The notes: generated by a model from the sequence alone, not told the origin. A stretch of DNA of 64,000 bases from Octopus bimaculoides (GCF_001194135.2 NC_068987.1:92426023-92490022); one strand, 5' to 3'. Shown: positions 23,221 to 37,747, counted from the stretch's first letter. Numbers and translations: made by a program.

Positions 23221-26200
23221 TTCACATAGAACAAAAACGAATAGCCTCTAAATCCCATGGGGCATATATTAAATAACTATATTCCTATAAATTGTTTGCG
23301 GTTGTATCTGAGTTCAAAAACTTGGATTGTTAAAGTACGGAATCTTTGATAGAATAAAATGATGCAACGTTTTACTTGGTGATAATTTACATGGTAAATT
23401 TAAACTTCTTAAACTGTTGAAATTGACATTGATTTTCATCGATAAAATAATACCAGTAATGTGTTGAGGTCCATTTAATCGATTACACCTGACCACCACT
23501 AAATTTTGTACTTTTGTCAATATTAAAATATTTTTATTATTGTAATTAATTTGAGTAAATATTCGATGTTTGAAATAAATAATTTCTTATTCTATTGAAT
23601 ATAAATTGCGACTAAGTGCGACTGGCCAGTCAACCTTAGACAAAAATTCTTCAACCGTAACACTATAATTGAATGGGTCTGTGGAAACTTTCCGTTTAAT
23701 ATATCTTCAAACTTTTTTTATCGGGTTGGTTTGTTTGTATTGCTTAACATCCTGCAAGAGAGAGAAACACACAATAAAAAAATAAAAGTAAAGCAGCCAA
23801 GGAAATGTAGTTATTGAAATGACTTTTGATGTTTGTAATAATATAAAAAAAAGTCACTTATGTGTAATGATGTTTCAAGAACGACCAGTATTTAATGTTT
23901 TAATTGCGTCTTCTTCGCTTTGTTGATTTCTGACAATTTACTGAAGTTTCATGTCTGCTGGAATTTCATGGCTTTATTGGGTACGATTTTCATGCCTCAG
24001 CTATTAGTAGTAGTATGTCATATTGTAACAGTTAGGTGTGATTAAAAGGGGAAGAAAATAATGAGTGAATAAAATGAAAATTAAAACTGAGTGAACAGAG
24101 ACTGGATTATTGGTAACGCGTCAAAACACTTGACTCTAGATTCACACACTATATAAGAGAATACTTTTCTTACTGTTGATAATCACTTTAATATATCTAA
24201 ATTACTAGGCGGGTCTTGTTTGCCTTAGCGAAAATCCACTCAATGACAAACTTTCATGACATGGCACCGATCTCAGGATAATCTTCTCGTTTAGTTCCAC
24301 AGTCACAGAAGCCTTGTGAAATGTCTCGAAGGATAAAACTTGATAAAATGATAAGAAGTGAAAAAAATCTATATAATATATTGCACGGAATATCGAAGCA
24401 CTTCGAAAATACACCTTATATAATATTCTTATAATAAGACTATTAGTATCAGCTGGTAATTGCTGAGTTCACATATTTTACACATTATTTCATTAATGTA
24501 ATCCAACAATAGCTGTGTACCTGCACGTCTTTAGGTGAGAGGCTTTGTGTATAAGATTTGATCTGAAAAGTGATTCATTCAATATAAAATTATTATGGAA
24601 TACTATAAATTCCTGTCCCCTATTGAGACTACAACAGCAAATCTGTTTCCATTAAACAATGGAAAATGAGTAGAGGATGAATATAATTTCTCATAAATCG
24701 CTGGAAATCTCTGATATTTGGTTGATATTAATGACTTTTAATAAACAAGTAAACAAGATAAACTGGATTAGGACTATTTATTTTACCAAAATGAGATATC
24801 TATTCAGCGGTTCAAAACCAATTGCGATTTATCACACATCATGCGAAATAAGTATTGTTTTTACTATACTGTCTTGCGTGCAATATTTTGTAAGTAAGCA
24901 CGATATTCAATATGCAAGTGAAACTGAAAAACCCGATACTCATTAGTTGGACTTAAAATGTCTGATTCATGGAATTTTAACTGATGAACCCTGCCATGCC
25001 TTGTACATGAGCGTGTCGGATGAAGACTGCCATATCATCTAAATGAGGGTGTTTGATACTGAAACGCACTAAAATTGCGATGATTCCAGATTACAACACA
25101 GATATCATTGTGCTTGTTTTTAGTACATTAATATGTGAAGGAAATTGCCACTTTTATCATTGCTTTATTTTTATAGTACAGATATAACAATCTGAGTAGT
25201 TGGAGCAGTCTTGGATTTTCCCGGTGGCTTCAAGCATGAAAAGCTAGTATATAACAGGTTGTATCCAACGAAATATGTCCAACATTTAGCTATAAGCACC
25301 GAGGGAAGTGCAAGTGGTGAAAAGATTTAGTGATATACGCCCTACCCTTCGACAAATATTTCCAGAGGGTTTATTCAAGAGAAATTCATTATTCAGCTTT
25401 ATTATGGTAAATCCGTTCACTGTCTTCATGCTAGTTGTAATCTCTTTGCTCGTAATAGACGCACACAGAAACCTCATTCTTTTGAAAAAAATAAGGGACT
25501 AATTATTCTTGTATAATAGCCTCGTATTCAACTTTCCTAAAGATAAATTGTGCGGAGTAAGCAGTCGATATCATCAGCCCTATTTCATGACTGGTATTAT
25601 TGCTTAAAAAAACTGGAAGGAAGAAATATAAATATGAGACGAATAGGTTTTAAAAACATGTATAAGGTTACATCATTACGTCTTCCCAGTTGCAAATTTG
25701 TTTGTAATTATGTTAATTATTTGGAGAACACCCTCACTCATATCAATATAATGGACCATTCTACTTTCCATTTGTCAGTTGCGACGTGTCTGCATTTCGT
25801 GGATTTGGATGCTGAAGAAAACAGAAGGAACAACATTTCTTATTGGAAATCGAAGCAATGGTACAAATAGCTTTAAATAAACAATCGTCATTCTACTTTA
25901 AAGTTGTCAAACTTAAGCACTCCTCTTCCCTAACTTACCCCAATCTCATCTCACACGTTAGTGTCCTCTTTATTTCTTTCTTTCTCACCTAGTTTCCCTC
26001 ATACTTCTTACCGTTTATGTATGCACACTCACGTTGCCTCACGTTCTTCACAATTTGCAGCCAGTTGCTCAAACATAAAGGATGCAAAATTCTGCGAAAA
26101 TTTCATTTTTTTCATTCAAGTCATTTTAAAATTTAACAGAAAAATATAATCTGTCCAACACGTTGGATAATAAAGAGCCATCGGCTATTTCAACGTATTT

Positions 26201-26809
26201 CTTTGTCGGCTTTACTATAGACGTATTATATGCATAATATACACGCACACACACCACCCACACATACATACATACGTATATACATACATGCATACAAACA
26301 CGAACTCACACATAACTCATACAAACACATATGTATACACACGTATATATGTACATTTATAAATATGTAACCAAAAACATGATCAGTATATAAAGTATCT
26401 ATCTAACACGCTCTGCAAAAATACGCAATTTGTAACAGTTTTTCTTTTCTTGAAGTGGCCGGAAGGCAAAACGAAAGAAACAAAATTTGAATATTTACGT
26501 AAGTATTACGAATAAGAATTCTATTTACTTTATATAAAATACATTTGGCAAGGAATATCAATCTACACGGTGGTAACCGTTTTAAGCAAAATTCATGTTT
26601 GTACCTCAAAAACTGTAAAAATAAATTATTTAAACAAAATCAAGACCTTATGGGTGAGTCGTAGTTTTACATTTTAATGATTATTGGAGTTGTTATAAAG
26701 GATGATATTTAAAAAAATGAATAATTATTTATAAAATCACTAAAATAAAAGAAAGCTTCTGCAGCGGTCAATCTCCAGTGTGTTTATGTACATGTACAAT
26801 AGAGGAGGA

Positions 26810-27212
26810 GCTGCAGTAGAAAGAAAACATGTTAAGATACGACCAAAGAATGACGGGTAACCACCAGATTAGGTTATTCAGAGTAGATCAGAAGAGATTC
26901 TATATAGAAACAAATGGAGAGTGTACAGAGGAAATGTTGATTCCAGAAAGCATTGACAGTCAAATGTTTTGGAGTGACATCTGGAGGAAAGACAAGGAGC
27001 ACAAAAAGGATGCTGAAGAGTTGCAAGAACTGAACCAAACAATAGTGTGTCCAAAACAGGCAGAACTAGTCATTTCAGTTAGGGATGTGAAGGGAATTAG
27101 CAAAAAAGTGAACAACTGGTAGGCCTCGGGACCAGATAGAATTCAAGGCTACTGGATCAAATGATTTGGTCAATGTCATGCATGAATAGCTGCGCAACTG
27201 AACACCTAGTTA
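26810..27212 (+). mobile_element. R4/Dong-clade non-LTR retrotransposon fragment (pre-RT/RT start)
   Basis: RLFRVDQKRFY...FWSDIW...NNW*ASGPDRIQGYWIK matches the R4-type KAPGPDGxxGYWxK motif; contains stops. Confidence 0.85.
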
Positions 27213-27234
27213 AATGCCGACCAAGCATCACCTG

Positions 27235-27311
<77 letters not shown>

Positions 27312-27336
27312 CATTATTATCATTATTATTATTATT
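27235..27336. repeat. (ATT)n microsatellite
   Basis: Directly visible. Confidence 0.97.
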
Positions 27337-27429
27337 CTAAGCCACTTCAGTTTCCTCGGAGGCGGTAATCTTCTTAAAGTCCCCACATGCTCTTTGTATA
27401 AAGGCGGAAGCAGAGCAGAGCAGAGCTGA

Positions 27430-28400
27430 ACAGACGCAAGTCTCTAACTACAAATATCCGAAAAGTCATAGGACGTATTGTGAGATGGAAAATGATAATG
27501 CTCCCAGAAGAAAATGTCTCGCTGAACAGTACCCAGCATGATATCCATCTAGAACTGCTTTTCACTGCTCTTACGATACTGTGGCTAGATTTTGAAGCAG
27601 ATGCTTGACCAGTCAAACGTTGATGTAATATATCTTGATTTTGCTAAGACACTTGATAAGTTTGATCATGGCATGCAATGTCACAAGCTTCGAAGCATTA
27701 GCGTAGCTGGTAACCAAGGAGAGTAACAACATATACATTATTAAAAGATGACCGTTAAGTCATTGCAGCCAATTGTACCCTCCCTAGGGAAGTACCAATT
27801 GTGAGTGACAACTTCCAGAAAACTGTTTTGGGGGCCATTACTGCTTTTAGTAGCTCTTTTAGACATGCTCATTGTCTCCAAAACAGCCACTGTCACCAGT
27901 CATGCTGATGATACATAATCACAGGCTATGAATAATTCTAATAGTGCTGCAAGTCTGCAGTGAGACCTAAATGTAATATATAATTGAGCTAAACAAAACA
28001 AGATGCACTCTAATGCTGGAAAATTTCAAGCTCTGCACTGTCATTTAACATACACACCACAGCCTGCATACAGAGGACATGAAGGTACTACAATTCCACA
28101 ATCACGGACTGTGAGATATTTGCTGATCAGTGGATTAGTACTGATGCATTATTTCATGTGCACATTACTAAGATAGCAACAAAATATAGACCATATGCAA
28201 GATGGATACATAGATACTTGAGTACAAGAAACCATGAAGTCGTGTTGATTCTGTGGAAAACAATTGTTCTTCACCGTTTGCCCTACCTCTCTGAGCAGCA
28301 ATCACCACATAGTGGCAAGTTAACAGCGGAACTCAAATCTATATATCATGACTAGAAAAAAGATTGTCACACTGCAGCAGATAAACTGCAAGGAGCAGCT
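27430..28400 (+). mobile_element. Decayed CR1/L2-group LINE reverse transcriptase
   Basis: NVDVIYLDFAKTLDKFDHG, a VLGPLL-like motif and HADDT (YADD) in broken frames. Confidence 0.9.
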
Positions 28401-29162
28401 GGAAAAAGCACACGCATATATATATATATATATATACGATGTGTTCTCGCATAGTCTTTATCTCCTAAATCTAAATAATTATATAGTTATACAAATTACT
28501 TCATGCAAGAAGAAAACGACTGAGATGCCTTTCCTTGGTTTTGTACCTAACAGTCTAACAGTATGTCTTTCAAATGATAATATTTTAAAGCCCATATTTA
28601 AGCATCATAAATATTAGGCCATATTTCTGTTTTCTAACTCCAAAATATAGTATGAGCTCTACGTTCATCAACGACCCACGAGATAATAAATGAAGTACCA
28701 AATTACATATAATTTCGAACGCTATACTCGAAATCGTCGATTAACATTTGTTTGAAGGTCAGCTTATAAGAGAGACGTAAACTTTAAACTTAACATTCGA
28801 TGTTCTTCAAGGAAAGTCTAAATTCACAAATACAAGTACGAACAATTCTACAAGTAAATACTCTTCAGATTTTTTTTTCTAAAGCCCAGGAGAGCTTTTC
28901 GCAACATCATATAGATGTATGCAAGCGTACATATATAAACATACATAAATAAATAAATAAATATATATATACATACGTATATATCATTGCATTGCGTTCT
29001 CACGCACAAACAGACGCACAATCACACGCGATGTAAATACACATTTACATACAAATGTGTAAAGATATATTCAGACAGAGCGACCAACCTTTCTTACACA
29101 TATATAGGCAATGAATTGACGCAAATGATATTTACATACATAAGTAAAACATGCAAACACGC

Positions 29163-29229
<67 letters not shown>

Positions 29230-29611
29230 NNNNNNNNNNNNNNNNNNNNNNNNNNNNNNNNNNNNNNNNNNNNNNNNNNNNNNNNNNNNNNNNNNNNNNN
29301 NNNNNNNNNNNNNNNNNNNNNNNNNNNNNNNNNNNNNNNNNNNNNNNNNNNNNNNNNNNNNNNNNNNNNNNNNNNNNNNNNNNNNNNNNNNNNNNNNNNN
29401 NNNNNNNNNNNNNNNNNNNNNNNNNNNNNNNNNNNNNNNNNNNNNNNNNNNNNNNNNNNNNNNNNNNNNNNNNNNNNNNNNNNNNNNNNNNNNNNNNNNN
29501 NNNNNNNNNNNNNNNNNNNNNNNNNNNNNNNNNNNNNNNNNNNNNNNNNNNNNNNNNNNNNNNNNNNNNNNNNNNNNNNNNNNNNNNNNNNNNNNNNNNN
29601 NNNNNNNNNNN

Positions 29612-29658
<47 letters not shown>

Positions 29659-32600
29659 GTATGTATGAATGATCATATACATAAATGTTAAATATGATAC
29701 AGCAACTACATAGATATTTATATACATATGTAGATAATTACTTAAACTATATAAAAATATACATATGTATGCTAGCCCATGACACGTTGCTATATGTACT
29801 AAATAATATTCTGATTCATTTAATCACAGGTACGTCTGCTGTAAAGAAAATGTAAAATGATGTTGAAATAAAAAAAAATACCTTTAAAATTGCTTCTTCT
29901 TATCTACTGTTTTGAAACTAACGTTTTCAGAACTAATTTTCCTGCAACATATATTGTTAACATCGGCCACCAAATCTCTGTGTGCTTGTCATCTGTATAA
30001 CTACGTAGCGCAACGTATTATTGAGCACGAAGGGAGAGAATTACCACATATTGCTCATGATTTTTGTATATGGATAGTGACAGCAGATATCTTGTGGATA
30101 TGAGGAATTAGCAAGGTAGAACACCGGCAATTCTACATTATCTTATGCACGTGTCTCTTTTTCTTAGTAGCCTGAATGGGTCCTGCTTTTGTTATGTAAT
30201 ATGTTAAGAATGGTACGGAAGCTCCAATATTTGCATCATATCTCGTGACGCTTTTGGAATTAGAAAACTGTGGCGGATACAGATCCATGTGATAAACATA
30301 TGCGATGTAGTTAACGCTTCTACGACTCCAAGATATTTAATCGATATAAGGCAACGGAGTCAACACCTCTGCGGATACGAAACTTTTCTTTAGAAAATGT
30401 GAAGTTCATCAACATTTTCATTTTTTACAGTTGAAATTTCTGATGAAGGCAGACATCAGTTGCTGCGAAGATTTTCATATACATGTAGAATTAAGCAAAA
30501 AATGGAAAGGAGTTTCAATGGTAACTCATTATAGCAGACTGACAGAGTAAAGAATTCTGCCTTCACCTTGCTGCAATAATCAATCTGCATGGCGTGTATG
30601 CCGAACATGAATCATAATATTGATAGTATTGCAATGACTTAAAACTTTCATATTACAACTCACAATAATTCAACGTTCTGAAATGGGCAAAATGTAACGA
30701 GCTGAGATGGACGCCGAGCGCCAAAGAGTTTAGTATATTTGTGTTCGTGCGTCGTAAAGGCTTAGAGAGCACGAAGTAAGAACAGTGAGAAAATGGTAGT
30801 CAGAACGATATATGGATAGGCTTTATCTACTAAATGAAATCAACGGTTAGTTGCAAATTCTAAAGAGAAATTTTTGAACGCAGTTTCGCAGTATGGCTGA
30901 TGGTTCGTTATGAGTTATTTCTTGGAAAAAAAATCTTAATTAGCATCAATATCACCCAACATCGTAGTTAACTAAATGTTATTAACAATGATGTTGATAA
31001 ATGAATATAATTGGATAATTCAGAAATATATGTATATGTTTATATATCTTAGGGATCACTAGATACATGTGTCGTAATAATGTACGTACTATTCAACAAT
31101 CTTTAAGTGCATAATAATATAACGGGAACACACATTTATTCAATCTTCTCTACGTCATGTCCATTCATAACTTTACCGCAGCATTCAAAACCATAGATAT
31201 ATTTTTTCTTCAGCTTAGACCCCATAATATAAGGTATACTGACTGAAATAAAGAATATTTCTCTGAGATCGTAGAGGCTGCCGTATTCGAGAACGTTCTG
31301 CTGTTACAACTTGGAAAGAGACTGCATTATATATGTCCAGGAAAGCAATTGAGTTTCGAAATTATTAAAATATCTTATTACGAAAGAAAGCATCGAAAAA
31401 TCAATATTATGATATCAAAATAAATGTACGAGAAGTTAGACATTTTGATTAGAAAATGGTGAGAGCGTAAATATAATCATAACTCATGAAAATTCAATTT
31501 TCTTCCTCGAATGATGAATTAGCGATGTTATTAACAAAAACAATATGCACAAACACTGAATATTTTCTACCATAGCATAGGCAGCTGGTGTTAAATGAGG
31601 TAATGAGATATGTACAGAAAACGTACACTCACGCAAACACAAACACACACACAACATAAAGAGAAAAGAATGAAAATCAAAATAAAATATGTAATAATGG
31701 CTTCATAATGAACGAGAATTAAACATTCCTTTAACGAATTGTTGAAATGCAGTTAGCAATCAAGATTACGAGAAGATGCAAATACATAATGACTATTTAG
31801 CAAATAACACCAAAATTCTTTGCAAAACGAGACACTAATATATTTTTCGTTTTGCATAACATGTTTTATATTTTTTTTTTTACACTTCATTTCCCAATCT
31901 AAAATGCAATTAATGCAGCAGAAATATCACATAATGTAAGTAAATTTTCGAAACTGGTATATTTTGTTTAACTGAGAGAAAACACGACCATAATTATGAT
32001 TAGAAGAAAAACTAATACAAACATATGAGAACGTATGCATGAGTTTGTGTATGGATGTGTGTATATATATGGATGTTTGTATGCGCTTCTAAATGTCTGT
32101 GGATAACGCAACATATCCCATTATGCCATGTTTAATTATACATAAATCATAAATATAGACGTGTATATANNNNNNNNNNNNNNNNNNNNNNNNNNNNNNN
32201 NNNNNNNNNNNNNNNNNNNNNNNNNNNNNNNNNNNNNNNNNNNNNNNNNNNNNNNNNNNNNNNNNNNNNNNNNNNNNNNNNNNNNNNNNNNNNNNNNNNN
32301 NNNNNNNNNNNNNNNNNNNNNNNNNNNNNNNNNNNNNNNNNNNNNNNNNNNNNNNNNNNNNNNNNNNNNNNNNNNNNNNNNNNNNNNNNNNNNNNNNNNN
32401 NNNNNNNNNNNNNNNNNNNNNNNNNNNNNNNNNNNNNNNNNNNNNNNNNNNNNNNNNNNNNNNNNNNNNNNNNNNNNNNNNNNNNNNNNNNNNNNNNNNN
32501 NNNNNNNNNNNNNNNNNNNNNNNNNNNNNNNNNNNNNNNNNNNNNNNNNNNNNNNNNNNNNNNNNNNNNNNNNNNNNNNNNNNNNNNNNNNNNTGTGTGT

Positions 32601-33060
32601 GTGTGTGTGTGTGTGTGTGTGTTGATAACTGGCTATTAATGAAATCCACCTGAACCAACATATGCACGACAGATGAGAGCCTGGGTTTCAAATCACATAA
32701 TTAATTATATTCGAACGTAATCTTTTCCGTATCAATGAACGGAAAATCGGGGATATACAAATAGCAATGTTTCATATTGCAAGACTCACAACATTTTGGA
32801 ATGTTCAGTTGATACGGTAGACTGACAAGACTTTCTCAAGATAAATTTCAATGAATTAAATAAAAGAGCTTGAAACCCCGATATTAAATAAGAATTGATG
32901 AGCAATTTTCTTCCACTTTTAGATTTTCTTTTTCCTATCAAGCACAGCACTGATTGAGCAATTATACTATAAAGGCATTTTAACCATAATCATCTTAGAC
33001 TTCATTGAGGCAGTTTGCAATCTTCTGATTTGTTCCTCCGATACATAATTTTTTTTAAAG

Positions 33061-33227
33061 AAACTGAAATTTGTTTCACGACATATACACACAGTTATCA
33101 TATGCCGCTGGGTATGCTATTATATGTTATTGAATACAATCATCCTCGATCGAATGAATTTTTAATTCTAACCAACGAAATTGATACAAAACAAAGTGTT
33201 GATTATATTGTATTTAGTCTAATAATG
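33061..33227 (+). CDS. Putative coding exon, paralog B: xTEICFTTYTHSYHMPLGMLLYVIEYNHPRSNEFLILTNEIDTKQSVDYIVFSLIM
   Basis: Acceptor ttttttttaaAG, phase 1. EICF and QSVDYIVF lie at the same spacing as in paralogs A and C. The 3' end is uncertain: weak ATG|GTGATT donor, or read-through to the stop at 33293. Confidence 0.5.
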
Positions 33228-33879
33228 GTGATTAGCTTCTTTTCATTAGATAAATGTAAAATTATGCAACAATTTAGTAAAATTAACACATGATAATAAC
33301 AGGCATACATATTCACACACGCATATGCACATAAGCAAACGAAGTACACACTCATATATATGCGTTTATGTGCACACACACACACGCACAGACACACACC
33401 CACATTCTTTTCTTTTTACATCTGCCTGCCACCACAAGAGAATATGTAATGTACTCTTCTACTTTTTGTGTTCTGTTTTGACATTAAAGTGTTTCGGTCC
33501 AACGAATTAATGTTCTTAAAGACAGAGCACATAGAGAGGCATACAGACCCTTACACCTCAACATCCACACACACTCAGTCACATGTTCACACACACTCTC
33601 TCTCTCACAAAAACACGTACGCTTTGACTTCGAAGTAAAATAAATGTCTGCTGGTTCTACATACAAATACGAAAATGAAAACAGCCGTTAGAAAAAGAGA
33701 GAATTGAAGTGATTCAAGGAAGAGAAAGGCTCAGGAAGAAAGCGGCATGTATATTTCGGGTGGAAAAGAGGTACAAGAGTTCATATCTATAATTTAATGC
33801 AATATTTAATTTAATCATGAATTGTACATTCGATGGATTGGGATGTTGTTCATTGAATGAGCTTCGCTCATGCCATTGT

Positions 33880-34073
33880 AGATATTGATTCCAAATATTG
33901 GCACAAGACGAGCATTTTTGGAGGTGTAGGTAAGGAGATTACTGTGATCTCAGCGCTAAACTGATTCTTGTTTTATCAGCCTCGAAATGATGAAAGCCGA
34001 AGTCGACCACAGCGGAATTTGAACTCAGAGCGTAAAGACGGACAAAATGCCGGTAAGCGGTTTGGCCAGCGCC
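33880..34073 (-). mobile_element. Diverged Meta-domain-type SINE
   Basis: GATGAAAGCCGAAGTCGACCACAGCGGAATTTGAACTCAGAGCGTAAAGACGG. Confidence 0.85.
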
Positions 34074-34083
34074 CTCAAGCTGT

Positions 34084-34170
34084 GGCGAATATTCTCGCAT
34101 AGATTAAGGCTGATTTGTTTGCATGGCGTTCGTCCTTATGTTTGAGTTCAAATACCCGCCGAGGTTTGAC
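34084..34170 (+). mobile_element. SINE 5' head fragment, head-to-head with the previous copy
   Basis: GAGTTCAAATACCCGCCGAGGTTTGACTT (B-box plus start of Meta domain). Confidence 0.6.
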
Positions 34171-35789
34171 TTCCCCCCCCCAAAAAAAAATTGTTGGTCG
34201 TGTGCCGAAATTTGAAACCGATATTCTCACATGGAATATTGTATTCGGACAACACCATTGATATGAAATCAGTGAAATGATCAAAGTTATAAACGAATTT
34301 AAGCATTGCTTGACCATTGATTTTCTCCTCATATCATCTGAATAATCATGCTTATTGAATAATTATTACGTCAACACTAGTGGTGATTTTTTTTCTTGAG
34401 CACTAGAACCCATACGTCCTATGAATAACCGAGATCACAGCAATACCCATAAAAGCGACACCAGTGCATTGCGGGATTCAGGACAAGCAGTATTTTGAGG
34501 GGAGGGGGTATTCGATTTCAAATATCATGTGTTACCTATGATTTCATTCGCTATTTTCAACATTGGTGTGTTGGCACAATAAGAAGCACATTGAACAAAA
34601 TACCGCAAAGCAATTTGTCCGATGCACTAATGATTGTGCCAGCTCGCCAGTATTGAAAATGGAGAATAAAATTATAGATGACTCATGATGTTCGTGAATA
34701 TGTACTTTGATAGTGCATTAAGATGTTCGAGCAGGGTGAATTATCCATATCCAGAAATTGGTTTGAGAATGAATCCATTTTCACAAAAACTATATTATGT
34801 CTTCTATATCATTCGTGGTGTAGATATATATTCGCATACAAGAAATGAGGGTCTGTATGTAAACTACATCTACATTTACTCTATGTAGAGAAAGTCGACC
34901 AACGAAATTATGCTCAAGTATATGTCAGTTTATTGCTACTATGTGTAAGTATTCTTTCCAATTTCATTAAATTCCACAAATATGAAGATATGTTGTAATA
35001 TAGAGTTATTTCAAAATGGATTGGGATATATCCGCTGTAAATATTATATTTGTGAAATACCTGGTTTGCCTGCCGAATCACTACGACGAATTTAACGTAA
35101 AAACCGAACTGTTGATAGTTCGCTTGAATAGCTGTCTGACATTCATATTAACCGAACAAGTTGCATCTCTCAAATGAAACTACGTTTATGTCATAACTCA
35201 AATATTTCATTTTTCCTATATCTCCTATATTAGTGAATACATAACAAACAGGACGGATATTAAATTAGAATTTTTTTCTTGTATTTGAATAAAACATTAC
35301 CGTGTGTGATGAAATGATTTCTGTATTATTCTGCATATCTCCGTAACGAAATATCCAATTTGTCATGGTTTAACATTTCATTTCCAAGTTGCACAGCAAT
35401 TTCTTTGCAACGCAGTAGGAGTAATAATTTACTTGCTACATAACATGAGATATATCATGCGTTAACATCAGACTGCTTGCTTTGCCTAGGGCTTCCATTA
35501 TTGACTTAATAACATGTTTATAGATCTCACATAACTGCTTGCTAACTGTTAAGATAAGACACATATGCATTAACACACATAAACACACACAATCTTCCAA
35601 ATAAACACACAGACGTGCGTGCATCAAAACGCATACACAAATGTAACAGCGCACTTACAAAGCATTTTCACTTTAATACAGATTTCCTATTTCTTCCACT
35701 TTATTTCAATATTGCCATAGAAAACTCTGCCGTCGTCACTACAGATTTAGTCCTTCATGTATTACACATTGTTTATTACAATTACACAT

Positions 35790-35832
35790 CATTCTTCTTC
35801 TTCTTCTTCTTCTTCTTCTTCTTCTTCTTCTT

Positions 35833-35863
<31 letters not shown>

Positions 35864-35907
35864 TACTTCTTCTTCTTCTTCGTCTTCTTCTTCTTCTTCT
35901 TCTTCTT

Positions 35908-35938
<31 letters not shown>

Positions 35939-36079
35939 TTTTTCTTCTTCTTCTTCTTCTTCTTCTTCTTTGTCGTCGTCGTCGACGAAAAATAATATAA
36001 CAGCAAGAATAAGAAAAACAGTAACAACAACAACAACAACAACAACAACAGCGCCAATAATAATAATGATGATGATGAT

Positions 36080-36146
<67 letters not shown>

Positions 36147-36148
36147 TT
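35790..36148. repeat. Compound trinucleotide block (TTC)n,(GTC)n,(ACA)n,(ATG)n,(TAA)n
   Basis: Directly visible. Confidence 0.97.
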
Positions 36149-36369
36149 AATCGTTTCTACTATAGGCACACGGCCTGACTGTTATGGGGAGGGGTTAAGT
36201 CGATTAAATAGACCCCAGTGTTCAATTAGTAGGTTCTTAATTCATTGACCCCAGAAAGATGAAAGCTGCAATCGATCTTTAGCAAAATTAGAATTCGGAA
36301 CGTAAAGACGGATGAAATGTCGCTAAGCATTTTGCCCGACTTGCTAAACATGCTGCCAGTTCACCATCT
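36149..36369 (-). mobile_element. Diverged Meta-domain-type SINE, near full length
   Basis: GGGGTTAAGTCGATTAAATAGACCCCAG...GCTAAGCATTTTGCCCG...TGCCAGTTCACC. Confidence 0.85.
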
Positions 36370-36480
36370 TGAAAAAGTAGAATTTCCTTCAGTACATAAC
36401 TGATACTTTATTTATCCACCCCAGACAGATGACTATTTGAACAACAACAACATCGACGACGACAACGACAACTACTACTG

Positions 36481-36528
<48 letters not shown>

Positions 36529-36586
36529 ACAATAATAATAATATTAATAATAATAATAATAATGATAATAATAATAATAATGATAA

Positions 36587-36736
36587 TATCATAGTAGGTG
36601 CCTTAGGTATAATAAAAAAAATATTCAGACAAATACATAACAAAAATACCAGGACTTACAAATATATATAACATACAGAAAATTGCACTACTGGGTACTG
36701 CACACATTCTACGCAAAACACTTTCAATACAGTAAA
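36587..36736 (+). mobile_element. 3' end of R4/Dong-type LINE (restriction-like endonuclease C-terminus)
   Basis: IIVGALG...IQKIALLGTAHILRKTLSIQ* motif. Confidence 0.85.
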
Positions 36737-37036
36737 NNNNNNNNNNNNNNNNNNNNNNNNNNNNNNNNNNNNNNNNNNNNNNNNNNNNNNNNNNNNNNNN
36801 NNNNNNNNNNNNNNNNNNNNNNNNNNNNNNNNNNNNNNNNNNNNNNNNNNNNNNNNNNNNNNNNNNNNNNNNNNNNNNNNNNNNNNNNNNNNNNNNNNNN
36901 NNNNNNNNNNNNNNNNNNNNNNNNNNNNNNNNNNNNNNNNNNNNNNNNNNNNNNNNNNNNNNNNNNNNNNNNNNNNNNNNNNNNNNNNNNNNNNNNNNNN
37001 NNNNNNNNNNNNNNNNNNNNNNNNNNTAAACTACTG

Positions 37037-37039
37037 AGC

Positions 37040-37138
<99 letters not shown>

Positions 37139-37184
37139 AAGAATTATGATAATAATAATAATGATAATAATAATAATAATAATC
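37037..37184. repeat. (TAA)n(GAA)n microsatellite
   Basis: Directly visible. Confidence 0.97.
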
Positions 37185-37407
37185 AGTGAAATAATCAAAA
37201 TTTATAGAAAAATCCGCAAGCTACTGACTTGTAATAAGATGCACCATGCACGGGCAGACGTGAATCGTCTTTACCTTTCCAGAGCTCAGGGATGTCGTGG
37301 CTTGATCCAGCTTGAGTTTACGTACAAAACCACCACAATCGGACTGGCCAAATACCTTGAATCAACCAACGATAGGATGTTGAAACTTGTTGAAAAACAT
37401 GAAATAT

Positions 37408-37408
<1 letters not shown>
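37185..37408 (+). mobile_element. R4/Dong-type LINE internal fragment (post-RT)
   Basis: RKIRKLLTCNKMHHARADVNRLYLSRAQGCRGLIQLE matches the R4 HPxADxxRLYxxRxxGGRGL motif. Confidence 0.9.
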
Positions 37409-37472
<64 letters not shown>

Positions 37473-37747
37473 TAATAATAATAATAATAGCCTCGATTTA
37501 ATACTAGGCAGTTGCGTGAATGGCGTCTGAACGTTACTGATCAGAGGTGTTAACATGTGCGTGTTTTGTCTTGGAATAAAAGATAGGCTACAGCAAATAT
37601 TCTGCTTAATAACGTAGATTTACTTGCGATTTGTTTGACCTTAACGAGATCACGCGTCGGAGTCGTGGGAGAGCATCATAGCCATGTGTTGATATGAATT
37701 CTTTGTGGTTCGAATAATTTACCTCTGGAAACATGTGTGTTTTGTTC

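Noticed and set aside
25779-25860. 82-nt plus-strand exon candidate
   Set aside because: Good acceptor but weak donor (GTACAA), and two frames are open.
34685-34888. ORF ending YVNYIYIYSM as another family member
   Set aside because: No ICF, Cys spacing is off by 3 and there is no phase-1 acceptor.
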